DNA from: Acidobacteriota bacterium
GTDB taxonomy: Bacteria; Acidobacteriota; Terriglobia; Terriglobales; Acidobacteriaceae
Length of the DNA stretch: 25,622 bases
Direction of reading: 5' to 3'
NCBI GenBank assembly: GCA_021799945.1
Contig: JAJYZK010000003.1
Coordinates: 1-25,622, forward strand
Below the pieces are notes generated by a model. The model was not told where the DNA came from and did no database searches. It was given only the letters and a program-made list of their open reading frames with translations. Below are positions 7,020 to 17,667 of the stretch, in pieces. A program made the translations under genes and the position numbers. Within the stretch, counting starts at the first letter, position 1. The number at the start of each line of letters is the position of its first letter.

Positions 7020-8966
7020 TTGTGCGGCATTGCCGGCTTTACCCAAAAGCGGTGGACATCCAACCCCGATCGCATTGAGGCGGTCACCGCGACGCTGACC
7101 CATCGCGGACCGGACCAGCATGGCGTCTTTTACTCCCGGCTTTGCTCCCTGGGGGCGACCCGGCTGAAGATTCTCGATCTGGCCGCCGGGGATCAGCCCA
7201 TGTTTTCGAGCGATGGCGACACGGTGGTCGTCTTCAACGGGGAGATTTACAACCATCTGGAGCTGCGCGCGGAACTGCAGTCGCTGGGCTACCGCTTCCG
7301 TTCGCATTGCGATACCGAGACCGTCCTCCATGCCTTCTGCGCCTGGGATACGGGATGTTTTTCCCGCATGCGCGGCATGTTCGGCGTCGCCCTCTGGCGC
7401 AAATCGACCCGGCGCCTGGTGCTGGCCCGGGACCGCCTGGGCATCAAGCCGCTCTATATCGCCCGGATGGGCGAAGACCTTCTCTTCGGCTCAGAGTTGA
7501 AGACCATCCTGGCTCACCCCGAGCTGGATCGCCGGCTCAGCCTGGAGGGTCTGGACTGCTATCTTTCCCTGAATTATGTCCCCTGCCCCTGGACCCTGGT
7601 GCATGGCATCGAGAAGCTGGCTCCCGCGCACTGGTATGAGTGGGTGGACGGGCGGGTGCGCTCCGAGGCCTACTGGCGGCTGCCCGCCTGCTCCGAGCGT
7701 CGCCGCACCGTCGAGGAGGCGACGGAGGAGCTGGATGCCCTGCTCCGGCAGTCCGTTCAAGAGCATCTGCTCTCCGACGTGCCTCTGGGCCTCTGGCTCA
7801 GCGGCGGCATCGACTCCTCCACCATCCTGCATTATGCCGCGGCGTCCAACCCCAGCCGGCTTAAGACCTTTTCCATCTCCTTCCGCGGACGCAGCTTCGA
7901 TGAATCCGCGCATATCCGCCAGGCGGCGGCGCACTATGGGACCGAGCACGAACAGCTCGATCTGAATCCGCAGGTAGATCTGGAAGGGGCGATCCGGGAG
8001 TTTGCCTCCTACTCGGACGAGCCGAGCGCGGACGCCGGCGCCCTGCCGGTCTGGTTCCTCTCGAAGATGTGCAAGACGCACGCCACCGTGGCGCTGAGCG
8101 GAGAGGGCGCGGACGAAATCTTCGCCGGCTATCTTACCTATCGCGCCAACGAACTGGCTCGCGTGGCGCGCCGGCTCCCGTCCGGCGCCCTGCGCCAAGT
8201 GCTGGGGCTATTGCGCCATTGGCCCGTCTCCGACGACAAAATCAGCCTCGAATACAAGCTCAAACGCTTCCTGGAAGGCTCCCTGCTGCCTCCCGAACAG
8301 GCCCACGTTCTCTGGAACGGAACGTTTTCCGAAACGGAGAAAGCGGCGCTGCTCCGCCGTCCTCCCACCCCGGCCTTGTCCGCCATGCTGGGGCGGCTGG
8401 CCTCCGAGCTGGCGGCGCGGGAGGCCCAGGGACGCGATCCTCTGGGCGCCTATCTGGAATTCGATCAGCGATATTTTCTGCCCGACGACATCCTGGTGAA
8501 GTCCGACCGCATGAGCATGGCCCACGCCGTCGAGGTGCGGCCGCCCTTCCTCGACCATCGCATCGTCGAGTTCGCAGCCGGCCTGCCCGCCACGCTGAAG
8601 ATGCGGGGCGGCCGCCAGAAGCTTCTGCTGAAAGAATTGATGAAGGACAAGCTTCCCGCTTCGATCCTCCAACGGAAAAAGGTCGGATTCGATATTCCTG
8701 CGCACGACTGGCTGCGGGGAACGCTTCGTCCCCTGCTGGAAGAGACGCTGCGCAGCGGTTTATCCGAACATGGAGACCTCTTCCGGGCGGACACGATCAA
8801 CCGGTATTTTCATCTCCATCAGGAAAGGCGAGCCAACCTCGGCTATCACCTCTGGGGTTTCATGATCTTGTTTCTATGGATGCAAAAATGGAGAATTCAG
8901 TCGGCGGCCTCGTCGGCGACCAGGCTCCCGGCGCTGGTGGCCGAAGGAGCTGGCAATCTTATTTAG
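7020..8966 (+). CDS. asnB: AsnB-family glutamine-dependent amidotransferase (asparagine synthase-like), 648 aa
   Basis: Ntn-hydrolase N-terminus (M)CGIAG needs TTG start at 7020 (AAGGGG 10 nt upstream); HRGPD, FNGEIYNH, ARDRLGIKPLY, SGGIDSS, SGEGADEIFAGY, DRMSMAHAVEVRPPFLD, KKVGF. Confidence 0.93.
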   Translation: MCGIAGFTQKRWTSNPDRIEAVTATLTHRGPDQHGVFYSRLCSLGATRLKILDLAAGDQPMFSSDGDTVVVFNGEIYNHLELRAELQSLGYRFRSHCDTETVLHAFCAWDTGCFSRMRGMFGVALWRKSTRRLVLARDRLGIKPLYIARMGEDLLFGSELKTILAHPELDRRLSLEGLDCYLSLNYVPCPWTLVHGIEKLAPAHWYEWVDGRVRSEAYWRLPACSERRRTVEEATEELDALLRQSVQEHLLSDVPLGLWLSGGIDSSTILHYAAASNPSRLKTFSISFRGRSFDESAHIRQAAAHYGTEHEQLDLNPQVDLEGAIREFASYSDEPSADAGALPVWFLSKMCKTHATVALSGEGADEIFAGYLTYRANELARVARRLPSGALRQVLGLLRHWPVSDDKISLEYKLKRFLEGSLLPPEQAHVLWNGTFSETEKAALLRRPPTPALSAMLGRLASELAAREAQGRDPLGAYLEFDQRYFLPDDILVKSDRMSMAHAVEVRPPFLDHRIVEFAAGLPATLKMRGGRQKLLLKELMKDKLPASILQRKKVGFDIPAHDWLRGTLRPLLEETLRSGLSEHGDLFRADTINRYFHLHQERRANLGYHLWGFMILFLWMQKWRIQSAASSATRLPALVAEGAGNLI

Positions 8967-10759
8967 CGGTCTTATTGCTGATCTCCGCGGCCGTATCTCT
9001 GGCGACCATTGTTTCTCCTCCTTCACTGATGGACGATGTGGACGCGGTGCAGGCCCAGATCGCGCGCAATATGCTGACCTCCGGAGACTGGGTCACCGCG
9101 CGGCTGGATGGAATCCTCTATCTCGAAAAAGCCCCGTTGATCTATTGGCTGATCGCCCTGTCCTACAAGATCTTCGGCGTCTACGACTGGGCGGCGCGCA
9201 TCCCCATCGCGCTTTCCTCCATGGGCCTGGCCTGGACCACCGGAGCCTTTGGCCGATGGGCCTTCGGCCGGCGGGCCGGCTTTTACTCCGGGCTGGTAAT
9301 GGCCACCTGCGTGGGCCTGTTCCTCTTCACCCGGATTCTGATTCCCGACGTCACCCTCACGCTGACCACGGCCCTGGCCATGTACGCCTTTCTGCGCGCC
9401 CTGGATGCGGAGGAGCGTCATCCCCGCGCCTGGGCCTGGACGATGGCGGCAAGCCTGGGCCTGGGGTTGCTGCTGAAAAGCCTGATTGGAGCCGTCTTTC
9501 CCTTGGCTGCGGGTCTGCTCTATCTGTTTTTCTCCCGTCAACTGTTCTCCGCCCCGGTCTGGAAGCGGCTGCATCCCTTTTCCGGCGCCGCAATCGTTCT
9601 GCTCATCGCCGCTCCCTGGCATGTGCTGGCGACGCTGCGCAACCCGCCGTATTTCGCCTTCACCCTCCACAGCGGCCCCGGGCATTATCACGGCTTTCTC
9701 TGGTTCTATTTCATTAACGAGCAGCTTCTCCGCTTTCTCAACCTGCGCTATCCGCGCGACTACGACACCGTCCCCCGCCTTTATTTCTGGCTGTTTCACC
9801 TGCTTTGGCTCTTTCCCTGGACGGTGTATCTTCCCGCCGCGGCCAAGCTCTCCTGCAAGCCGGTGGACCGGGCCGGCCGCACCCGGCTGCTGGCCCTGTG
9901 CTGGGTGGGCTTCGTGCTGGTCTTTTTCACCTTTTCGACCACGCAGGAGTATTACTCCATGCCCTGCTATCCGGCCATCGCTCTGCTGCTGGGCTCGGCC
10001 ATGGCCGCCGGCGGAGCCAGGGTACGCTGGGGGGATTATGCCCTGAGCGCGATTGCCGCTCTGGCGGCCGTCTCCGCCATCTTCATACTGATCGCCGTGC
10101 GCCATGTGCCGGCTCCGGGAGACATTACCGCCGCGCTCAGCTCCCATCCCAACGCCTACCGGCTTTCCCTCGGCCACATGGAGGACCTCACGCTGGATTC
10201 CTTCGCCTACCTGCGGCTGCCGCTGCTGATGGCCGCGCTGGCCTTCGCCATCGGAGCGCTGGGAGCCTTCTTTTCGTCCAGATACGCATTCCTCGCCGCG
10301 GCCTTGATGATGGCCCTTTTTTTCCAGGCGGCGCAGCAGGCCCTGATCCGCTTCGATCCCCTGCTTTCCTCCCGTCCATTGGCCAACGCAATCCTGAAAT
10401 CGCCGCCCGGAGCCTTGATCGTCGATCACCACTACTACACCTATTCTTCGGTCGCTTTTTACACCGGCCGTCCGGAGCTATTGCTGAACGGGCGGTGGAA
10501 TAACTTCGAATACGGCTCCAATGCGCCCCACGCTCCCGATCCTTTCATCGACGACCAGACGCTGCGGAGAATGTGGCCGGAGCAGGCGCGCCTCTACCTG
10601 GTGATTTCGGCGGCGCAGAACGCGCGTCTGGAGCGTCTGGTGGGCCGCTCGGCGCTCAGCAAGGTGGCGGAGAGCGGAGGCAAGCTTCTCTACACCAACC
10701 ATCCGCTGGGAGCTGCAACGCTTTTACCGGCCGGAGCCCTCGGGAGCCATCACGCATGA
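8888..10759 (+). CDS. ArnT/PMT_2-like GT-C fold glycosyltransferase (GT39/GT83-like), about 623 aa
   Basis: Multi-TM; IARNMLTSGDWVTARLDGILYLEKAPLIYW resembles ArnT EM..SGDW..P...G..YFEKP; LLLKS..G, APWH, YYSMPCYPA. Start uncertain (8876/8888; overlaps asnB end by about 79 nt). The 8069 ORF-track start is an overlap artefact. Confidence 0.85.
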   Translation: MENSVGGLVGDQAPGAGGRRSWQSYLAVLLLISAAVSLATIVSPPSLMDDVDAVQAQIARNMLTSGDWVTARLDGILYLEKAPLIYWLIALSYKIFGVYDWAARIPIALSSMGLAWTTGAFGRWAFGRRAGFYSGLVMATCVGLFLFTRILIPDVTLTLTTALAMYAFLRALDAEERHPRAWAWTMAASLGLGLLLKSLIGAVFPLAAGLLYLFFSRQLFSAPVWKRLHPFSGAAIVLLIAAPWHVLATLRNPPYFAFTLHSGPGHYHGFLWFYFINEQLLRFLNLRYPRDYDTVPRLYFWLFHLLWLFPWTVYLPAAAKLSCKPVDRAGRTRLLALCWVGFVLVFFTFSTTQEYYSMPCYPAIALLLGSAMAAGGARVRWGDYALSAIAALAAVSAIFILIAVRHVPAPGDITAALSSHPNAYRLSLGHMEDLTLDSFAYLRLPLLMAALAFAIGALGAFFSSRYAFLAAALMMALFFQAAQQALIRFDPLLSSRPLANAILKSPPGALIVDHHYYTYSSVAFYTGRPELLLNGRWNNFEYGSNAPHAPDPFIDDQTLRRMWPEQARLYLVISAAQNARLERLVGRSALSKVAESGGKLLYTNHPLGAATLLPAGALGSHHA

Positions 10760-10784
10760 AGCGCCACCGGAGTGAACAACGAAC

Positions 10785-13240
<2,456 letters not shown>

Positions 13241-13635
13241 GTAGCGGCTGAAAATCGGATTTGCGGACGGTCACAGGCTCCGCATTTGGTGTAGGGGGTC
13301 GCCGGGATGCGGGATCTGAACCCCCTGTCTGTTTACTCCCACTTTTCAACACGCCCTCGGTTGCGGGGTCAATCTGTCGTGGCGAGCGACGCCACTAAGC
13401 CCTCCGGGCCGCGGGTGCAGGCTGGGAGACCTTCCTCTCCGCTCCGCTTCTAGGCCGAGCGCGCCGCAGTAGAATATGTATGGCGTTCCGCCTAGTTCAG
13501 CATCGAAGTCCGGAGAGCTGACCGATGAATCGGCCTGGATCGACGCAGACTGAGTTGCAGAAGGGCGCCGCGCCATCCTTCGCGCCGCAGGGCTCCCAGG
13601 GCATACTGATTCTTCGAGACGGAAGGCCGGCGCCC

Positions 13636-14478
13636 ATGATTCCCTCCACCGCCTCTGTAGGGTTGATCGCCGTCATCGCGCCGGGGATCCTGCTCGAGCG
13701 GCACACGTTTTCCGATCTGGAGGTCTCCCGGCACCTCCATCCCACGCATTGTCTCCACCTTCAGACCGCAGGGGTTAGCCGGGTTCACTGGTTTGCAGAC
13801 GGAAAGAGTGGAACGGAGACGATGAGCGCCTCCAGCCTTATGCTCCACGGACAGGGTACATGGGATTCGATGGCCTTTACCGGTGAGTCCAGCCGTATCG
13901 TGGTCTCTCTCGATCCCGCTTCGATTGCAAACATGCTGCAAGATGAGAGCGGCCGGCTCTTGTTTCAAACCCCCTCCCGCTGGCACTTCCTAGATCGGCA
14001 GGTGGAGCGACTCATGCGCAACCTGGAAGCGGAGGCGGAGAACGGATTTCAGACCGGTCGCACGTATGCCCAGTTGATCGGCCTTTCACTTTGCGAATAT
14101 TTGATGCGACGCTACAGCGGCGCCCACCTTTCGCCGCCAACCTGCAAAGGCGGTCTGCCCAAGAGAAGGCTCGACCGAGTGCTGGAATACATCGCCGCCA
14201 ACCTATCGCAGTCCTTGTCCTTGACAGAGATCGCCGAAATCGCCGGTATGAGCCCGTACCACTTCGCAAGGCTTTTCAAAACATCTACTGGTCTTTCGCC
14301 GCATCAGTTTGTGCTGGCCCAGCGCATCGAACGCGCGAAGCATCTTTTACGCGGAGGAAAAAGCAGCGTAATCGACGTTGCCCTGCAAAGCGGATTCGAC
14401 GGCCAAAGTCATTTCAGCAAGATGTTCCGCAAAGCCACCGGCCTTTCCCCCATTCGTTTCCGCAACCACCTCCAGTAG
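13636..14478 (+). CDS. AraC-family transcriptional regulator
   Basis: C-terminal double HTH: GGLPKRRLDRVLEYIAANL, SLTEIAEIAGMSPYHFARLFK..TG.SPHQF, VALQSGFDGQSHFSKMFRKATGLSP. Start ATG 13636 (GGAAGG upstream) or 13525. Confidence 0.93.
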   Translation: MIPSTASVGLIAVIAPGILLERHTFSDLEVSRHLHPTHCLHLQTAGVSRVHWFADGKSGTETMSASSLMLHGQGTWDSMAFTGESSRIVVSLDPASIANMLQDESGRLLFQTPSRWHFLDRQVERLMRNLEAEAENGFQTGRTYAQLIGLSLCEYLMRRYSGAHLSPPTCKGGLPKRRLDRVLEYIAANLSQSLSLTEIAEIAGMSPYHFARLFKTSTGLSPHQFVLAQRIERAKHLLRGGKSSVIDVALQSGFDGQSHFSKMFRKATGLSPIRFRNHLQ

Positions 14479-14583
14479 AAATATCCGCAAGAAAGGTCCG
14501 CTTAAGCAAGTTCCCTCAAGCAGGCCCCCGCCCTCCCCTGTTGCAATCAAGCCATTGGCGGTCCCCCTGAGGACCGGCTTGGT

Positions 14584-15549
14584 ATGCAAATGAAAAAGCC
14601 TCTCGAAGCGAACGATGCCGGCGAGAATGATGCCGGCCACGGGCGTTGTTCCGCTCGGTTCCTGGTCGCCAGAGCCGTCGTGGCCATGGCGGCTGTGCTC
14701 TTTCCCGCGGTTGCCGACGGGGCGCCGGCAACCTTTGTCACTGCGCTGCCAGTATCCGCCAACCAGATACTCTCCCGCTTCAACTGGGAACCGGCCTTCA
14801 GCAGCAGCAATCTCACCAGCGTGCAATTCCCTTTCGATCTTGGCTATGGAATTACCGCGCGCTGGACGATACTGGCTACGTTTCACCAGGGTTATGCGTC
14901 CATGAGCGCGTCCTCTCCCACGGGAGCCGCCGAGCAATTCCATTCGGCGGGGATGGGCGATACGCTGGCATTTCTGCGCTATACGCTGATCAAACACGAC
15001 AAAATGCACTCCACTCTCCGCGTAACTCCGCTCGCAGGCGTGGTAATTCCAAGCGGCAACAATCAACTGCGAGGCCCCGGCGGCTTGCTGCCGCAGCCGC
15101 TGCAGACCGGCGGTGGCTCCTGGTCTCCCTATGCCGGCATGGCCATGGGCGCCTTTCATTACGGGAATGGCTATTCCGGCGACATCACCTACCGGTATAA
15201 CCCCGTCACACGTTTAGGTATCACTCCAGGAAACCTGGTGCGCGCAGACTGGCAGGAGCAGTGGAGGTTTTACCCGCTCCGCTTGAAAGACGGCTTTCCG
15301 CATTTTGCCCTGCTGTCATTGGAAGAGAACTATCTGCACAATGGGCAGAGCCACAACTCAGACCAACCAACAGCGCAATCGGCGGGATTTATCTATACCC
15401 AGGACATTGTGCCTGAATTTCAGAGCATGAATTACTTGATCGGCTTTGGAATGAGAGTGCCGGTTGTGCAGGACTACGCGAGCCCCTTGGCTGTCCGGCA
15501 GCGGCTTGGCATGGTGATGCTGTTTGAATACAACTTTTCACGGCGTTGA
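14584..15549 (+). CDS. Putative outer-membrane beta-barrel channel, COG4313/Phenol_MetA_deg-like 'transporter'
   Basis: Signal-peptide-like segment ending AVADG-A; GMGDTLAFLRY and LQTGGGSW resemble that family; amphipathic strands; aromatic C-terminal LFEYNF. Start uncertain. Confidence 0.55.
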   Translation: MQMKKPLEANDAGENDAGHGRCSARFLVARAVVAMAAVLFPAVADGAPATFVTALPVSANQILSRFNWEPAFSSSNLTSVQFPFDLGYGITARWTILATFHQGYASMSASSPTGAAEQFHSAGMGDTLAFLRYTLIKHDKMHSTLRVTPLAGVVIPSGNNQLRGPGGLLPQPLQTGGGSWSPYAGMAMGAFHYGNGYSGDITYRYNPVTRLGITPGNLVRADWQEQWRFYPLRLKDGFPHFALLSLEENYLHNGQSHNSDQPTAQSAGFIYTQDIVPEFQSMNYLIGFGMRVPVVQDYASPLAVRQRLGMVMLFEYNFSRR

Positions 15550-15564
15550 GGAGATGCGATAACA

Positions 15565-16047
15565 ATGACTGCAAGATTTCGCAGCCTAGCCCTGACGAGT
15601 GCCGCGTTCTGCGCCCTGGCCCTGCCGCCCAAGCTTGTCCTTGGGCAGCTATCACAGGAAATGACCGATCAGTTCGCATCCGCAAACTGCCGGAATTATG
15701 AACGCGTCACCGCGCATTTGAGGGGAGTTTACGGGCCGCGAGGCTACTTTAACCTAGTCGTCGGCCTTCATTCGTATCCCTTGGCGGGATTGTTCGGAGC
15801 GCAGTTCAACATCAAGCCGGGGTTGATGGTCCTGGACATCGCTCCTGGTTTTCCACGGGTGACCGTGGCCGAGATCCACCATATTGAGGCTATCTCCGGG
15901 TACAGCCCCGGTCTGGTGGAGATCCAGGAGATTCCGCCCGAGGAGCTTGCTGAAGCTGGCCCCGGTTGGAGAAAAATTCAGCCGCCAAGATCCAGGAGCG
16001 CGATTCTGCGATGGTTCGAGCGGAACTTCATCAACCACCATACCTAG
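15565..16047 (+). CDS. Hypothetical secreted protein, 160 aa
   Basis: GAGGAG RBS at 15548-15553; 15 nt after the previous stop; N-terminal MTARFRSLALTSAAFCALAL signal-like region. Confidence 0.6.
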   Translation: MTARFRSLALTSAAFCALALPPKLVLGQLSQEMTDQFASANCRNYERVTAHLRGVYGPRGYFNLVVGLHSYPLAGLFGAQFNIKPGLMVLDIAPGFPRVTVAEIHHIEAISGYSPGLVEIQEIPPEELAEAGPGWRKIQPPRSRSAILRWFERNFINHHT

Positions 16048-16315
16048 CTGGGTGAACCTTCGCATCCGCAAAATGGCGGCGGCCCGTTGCCGCGAGGGCG
16101 TAGAAGTCCGCCACGATAAGTATCCCCGCGCGCAGCCTGCCGGGCGACAGCGCGAAGACTGGCGAGTTTTCTTCTTGCCATAACTGGCAAGCGGCAACCG
16201 CAGACCCCTCGCGCGAGTTTGGACGGGTTCCCGGCCAAGCTCGTTCAAGATCACAGCAGTCGTTCGCACCCGAATTTCGCGGATCGAACCCCAGCAGCCT
16301 GTGGTGGAAGCCGCC

Positions 16316-17650
16316 CTACTTTGCGGCGGGCGATTTGGCGGAGACCGCGGCGGGCTTGATGGCGGCCGCCGCGGTGGTCAGATCCGTCACCGCCGAGGGG
16401 TCCAATTGATAGAGCGTCGGATCGCTTTCACGCTTTGCGACGTACCCGCCGCCTGACTTGGCGATCGCAACGCTCTCGATCTGTCCGCCGCTCTGCGGAG
16501 TAGCCGTGATCTGGATCTCCGGGCGGCCGAAGCCGGCGTTGACGAATTTCGTCGCTGAAAGGTCGCGGAGTTGATCCACCAGACCCTGGGTCTGGCTCAA
16601 GTCCATTTTCTTACCATTGGACTGCCAGTCGGAGCCGCTGCGGGTGAAGACCCAATCGTTCGCTCCACTGCGCATTTCGACCCGGCTCAGTTGCCCATCG
16701 CCAAAATCGAAGAGCTTGCGGTTGCGGAAGTCGTCAAGGTTCTTTTCCAGAGCCTGTCCGAGCACCGTGTCGACTTTGCATGCGTCGCCGGTCACGTCGG
16801 ATTTGGCGTAGTAGCTGCGATTGTTCTTGCGGACTTCAAGGGTCTGCACGCCGGCATCGCCGGTCAACCGCGCCTCGGCAACGGGCTTACCCCGGGCAAA
16901 CTCCGTCTCCGCGGCCGGGGCCCCCAACTCGGGAGCCACCATCCGGCTCTGCGCCAGGGTGCGCACAAAATCGTCAATCGCGGAGCTGTCCGCGCGCAAG
17001 GGGCTCGGCTTCAAGATCTGCCAGCCGGATTTGATGCGCGCGAATTCAAGATCCTGCGGCTTCTTCAGCACTTCGACGCGGCTCACCTTATCCGGATCCA
17101 TGGTGAGGAGCCGCTTGTCGCGCAGGTCGTTCAGGCTCTTGTTCACTCCGGTCTTCGCATAGATGGCCACGGTGAAGACTCGCGGCGCGCCCCCCAGCAT
17201 GGCGTAGGCGTCTCCTCCGGCCGGCGTATCGTCGCCGATCAGCAGCCTTCGCGGCGCGCTCCCGCCGCCAGCGAAGTCCACCTCGACGGCGGGCTGATCC
17301 AGGCCGTATTGCGCGAGGTTGGCGCCCTTTTCCTCAATCACCCGGTCCACATTGAGGCCGCCGAGGGTGGAAAGCAGATCCGCCACGGCATCCTGATCCG
17401 CATTCAGGGCCCTGGGTTCCTGGATCCGCCACTTGCCGCCCGCATCGCGCAGCAGAACGATGGGGGCCGCGCCCTTTACCGTGACGGTAAGCTGGGTGAT
17501 CCCCGGCTGATCGAAAGCGGGGATCGCCGAGGTTGAAACGGGAGCTTGCCCTGCCCCGGCGCCGGAAGCCTTACGATGCGACGACCAGTAGAGCGCGCCG
17601 CTCAGCAGCCCGAGCAGCACAACAGCAATGAGGAGGCCTCGAAATTTCAT
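16316..17650 (-). CDS. DUF4340 domain protein (N-terminal membrane anchor), partner of GldG-like ABC systems
   Basis: MKFRGLLIAVVLLGLL anchor; YGLDQPAVEV, LLIGDDTPAGGDAYA, LNDLRDKRLL / LDDFRNRKLF internal repeat. Confidence 0.8.
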   Translation of the reverse strand: MKFRGLLIAVVLLGLLSGALYWSSHRKASGAGAGQAPVSTSAIPAFDQPGITQLTVTVKGAAPIVLLRDAGGKWRIQEPRALNADQDAVADLLSTLGGLNVDRVIEEKGANLAQYGLDQPAVEVDFAGGGSAPRRLLIGDDTPAGGDAYAMLGGAPRVFTVAIYAKTGVNKSLNDLRDKRLLTMDPDKVSRVEVLKKPQDLEFARIKSGWQILKPSPLRADSSAIDDFVRTLAQSRMVAPELGAPAAETEFARGKPVAEARLTGDAGVQTLEVRKNNRSYYAKSDVTGDACKVDTVLGQALEKNLDDFRNRKLFDFGDGQLSRVEMRSGANDWVFTRSGSDWQSNGKKMDLSQTQGLVDQLRDLSATKFVNAGFGRPEIQITATPQSGGQIESVAIAKSGGGYVAKRESDPTLYQLDPSAVTDLTTAAAAIKPAAVSAKSPAAK

Positions 17651-17667
17651 AACCCGGATCGCGATCC

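Larger units (their letters stand above)
13241..16315. other. Lower-GC accessory islet; boundaries approximate
   Basis: Hand counts of 60-nt lines starting at 14041, 15301 and 15361 give about 48-50% GC, versus about 70% at line 601; three co-oriented genes unrelated to the flanks. Confidence 0.55.

Noticed and set aside
8069-8887. 896-aa ORF suggesting an N-terminal extension of the GT-C enzyme
   Set aside because: It overlaps asnB in another frame and has Arg/Pro/Gly-rich shadow composition.
7020-8966. Lasso-peptide cyclase interpretation of the AsnB-like gene
   Set aside because: Intact glutaminase domain with N-terminal Cys; no precursor peptide, RRE or B-protease genes nearby.
13299-13326. 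tRNA 3'-half-like string (minus strand GGGGG-TTCAGAT-CCCGC-ATCCCGG), a possible att site
   Set aside because: T-loop lacks the invariant A58, the stem has a mismatch, there is no CCA, and no D or anticodon arms. A group II intron domain V resemblance also fails to fold.
16280-16295. GGGGTTCGATCC T-loop-like motif (minus strand) near the islet's right edge
   Set aside because: Flanking bases do not form a T-stem or cloverleaf.
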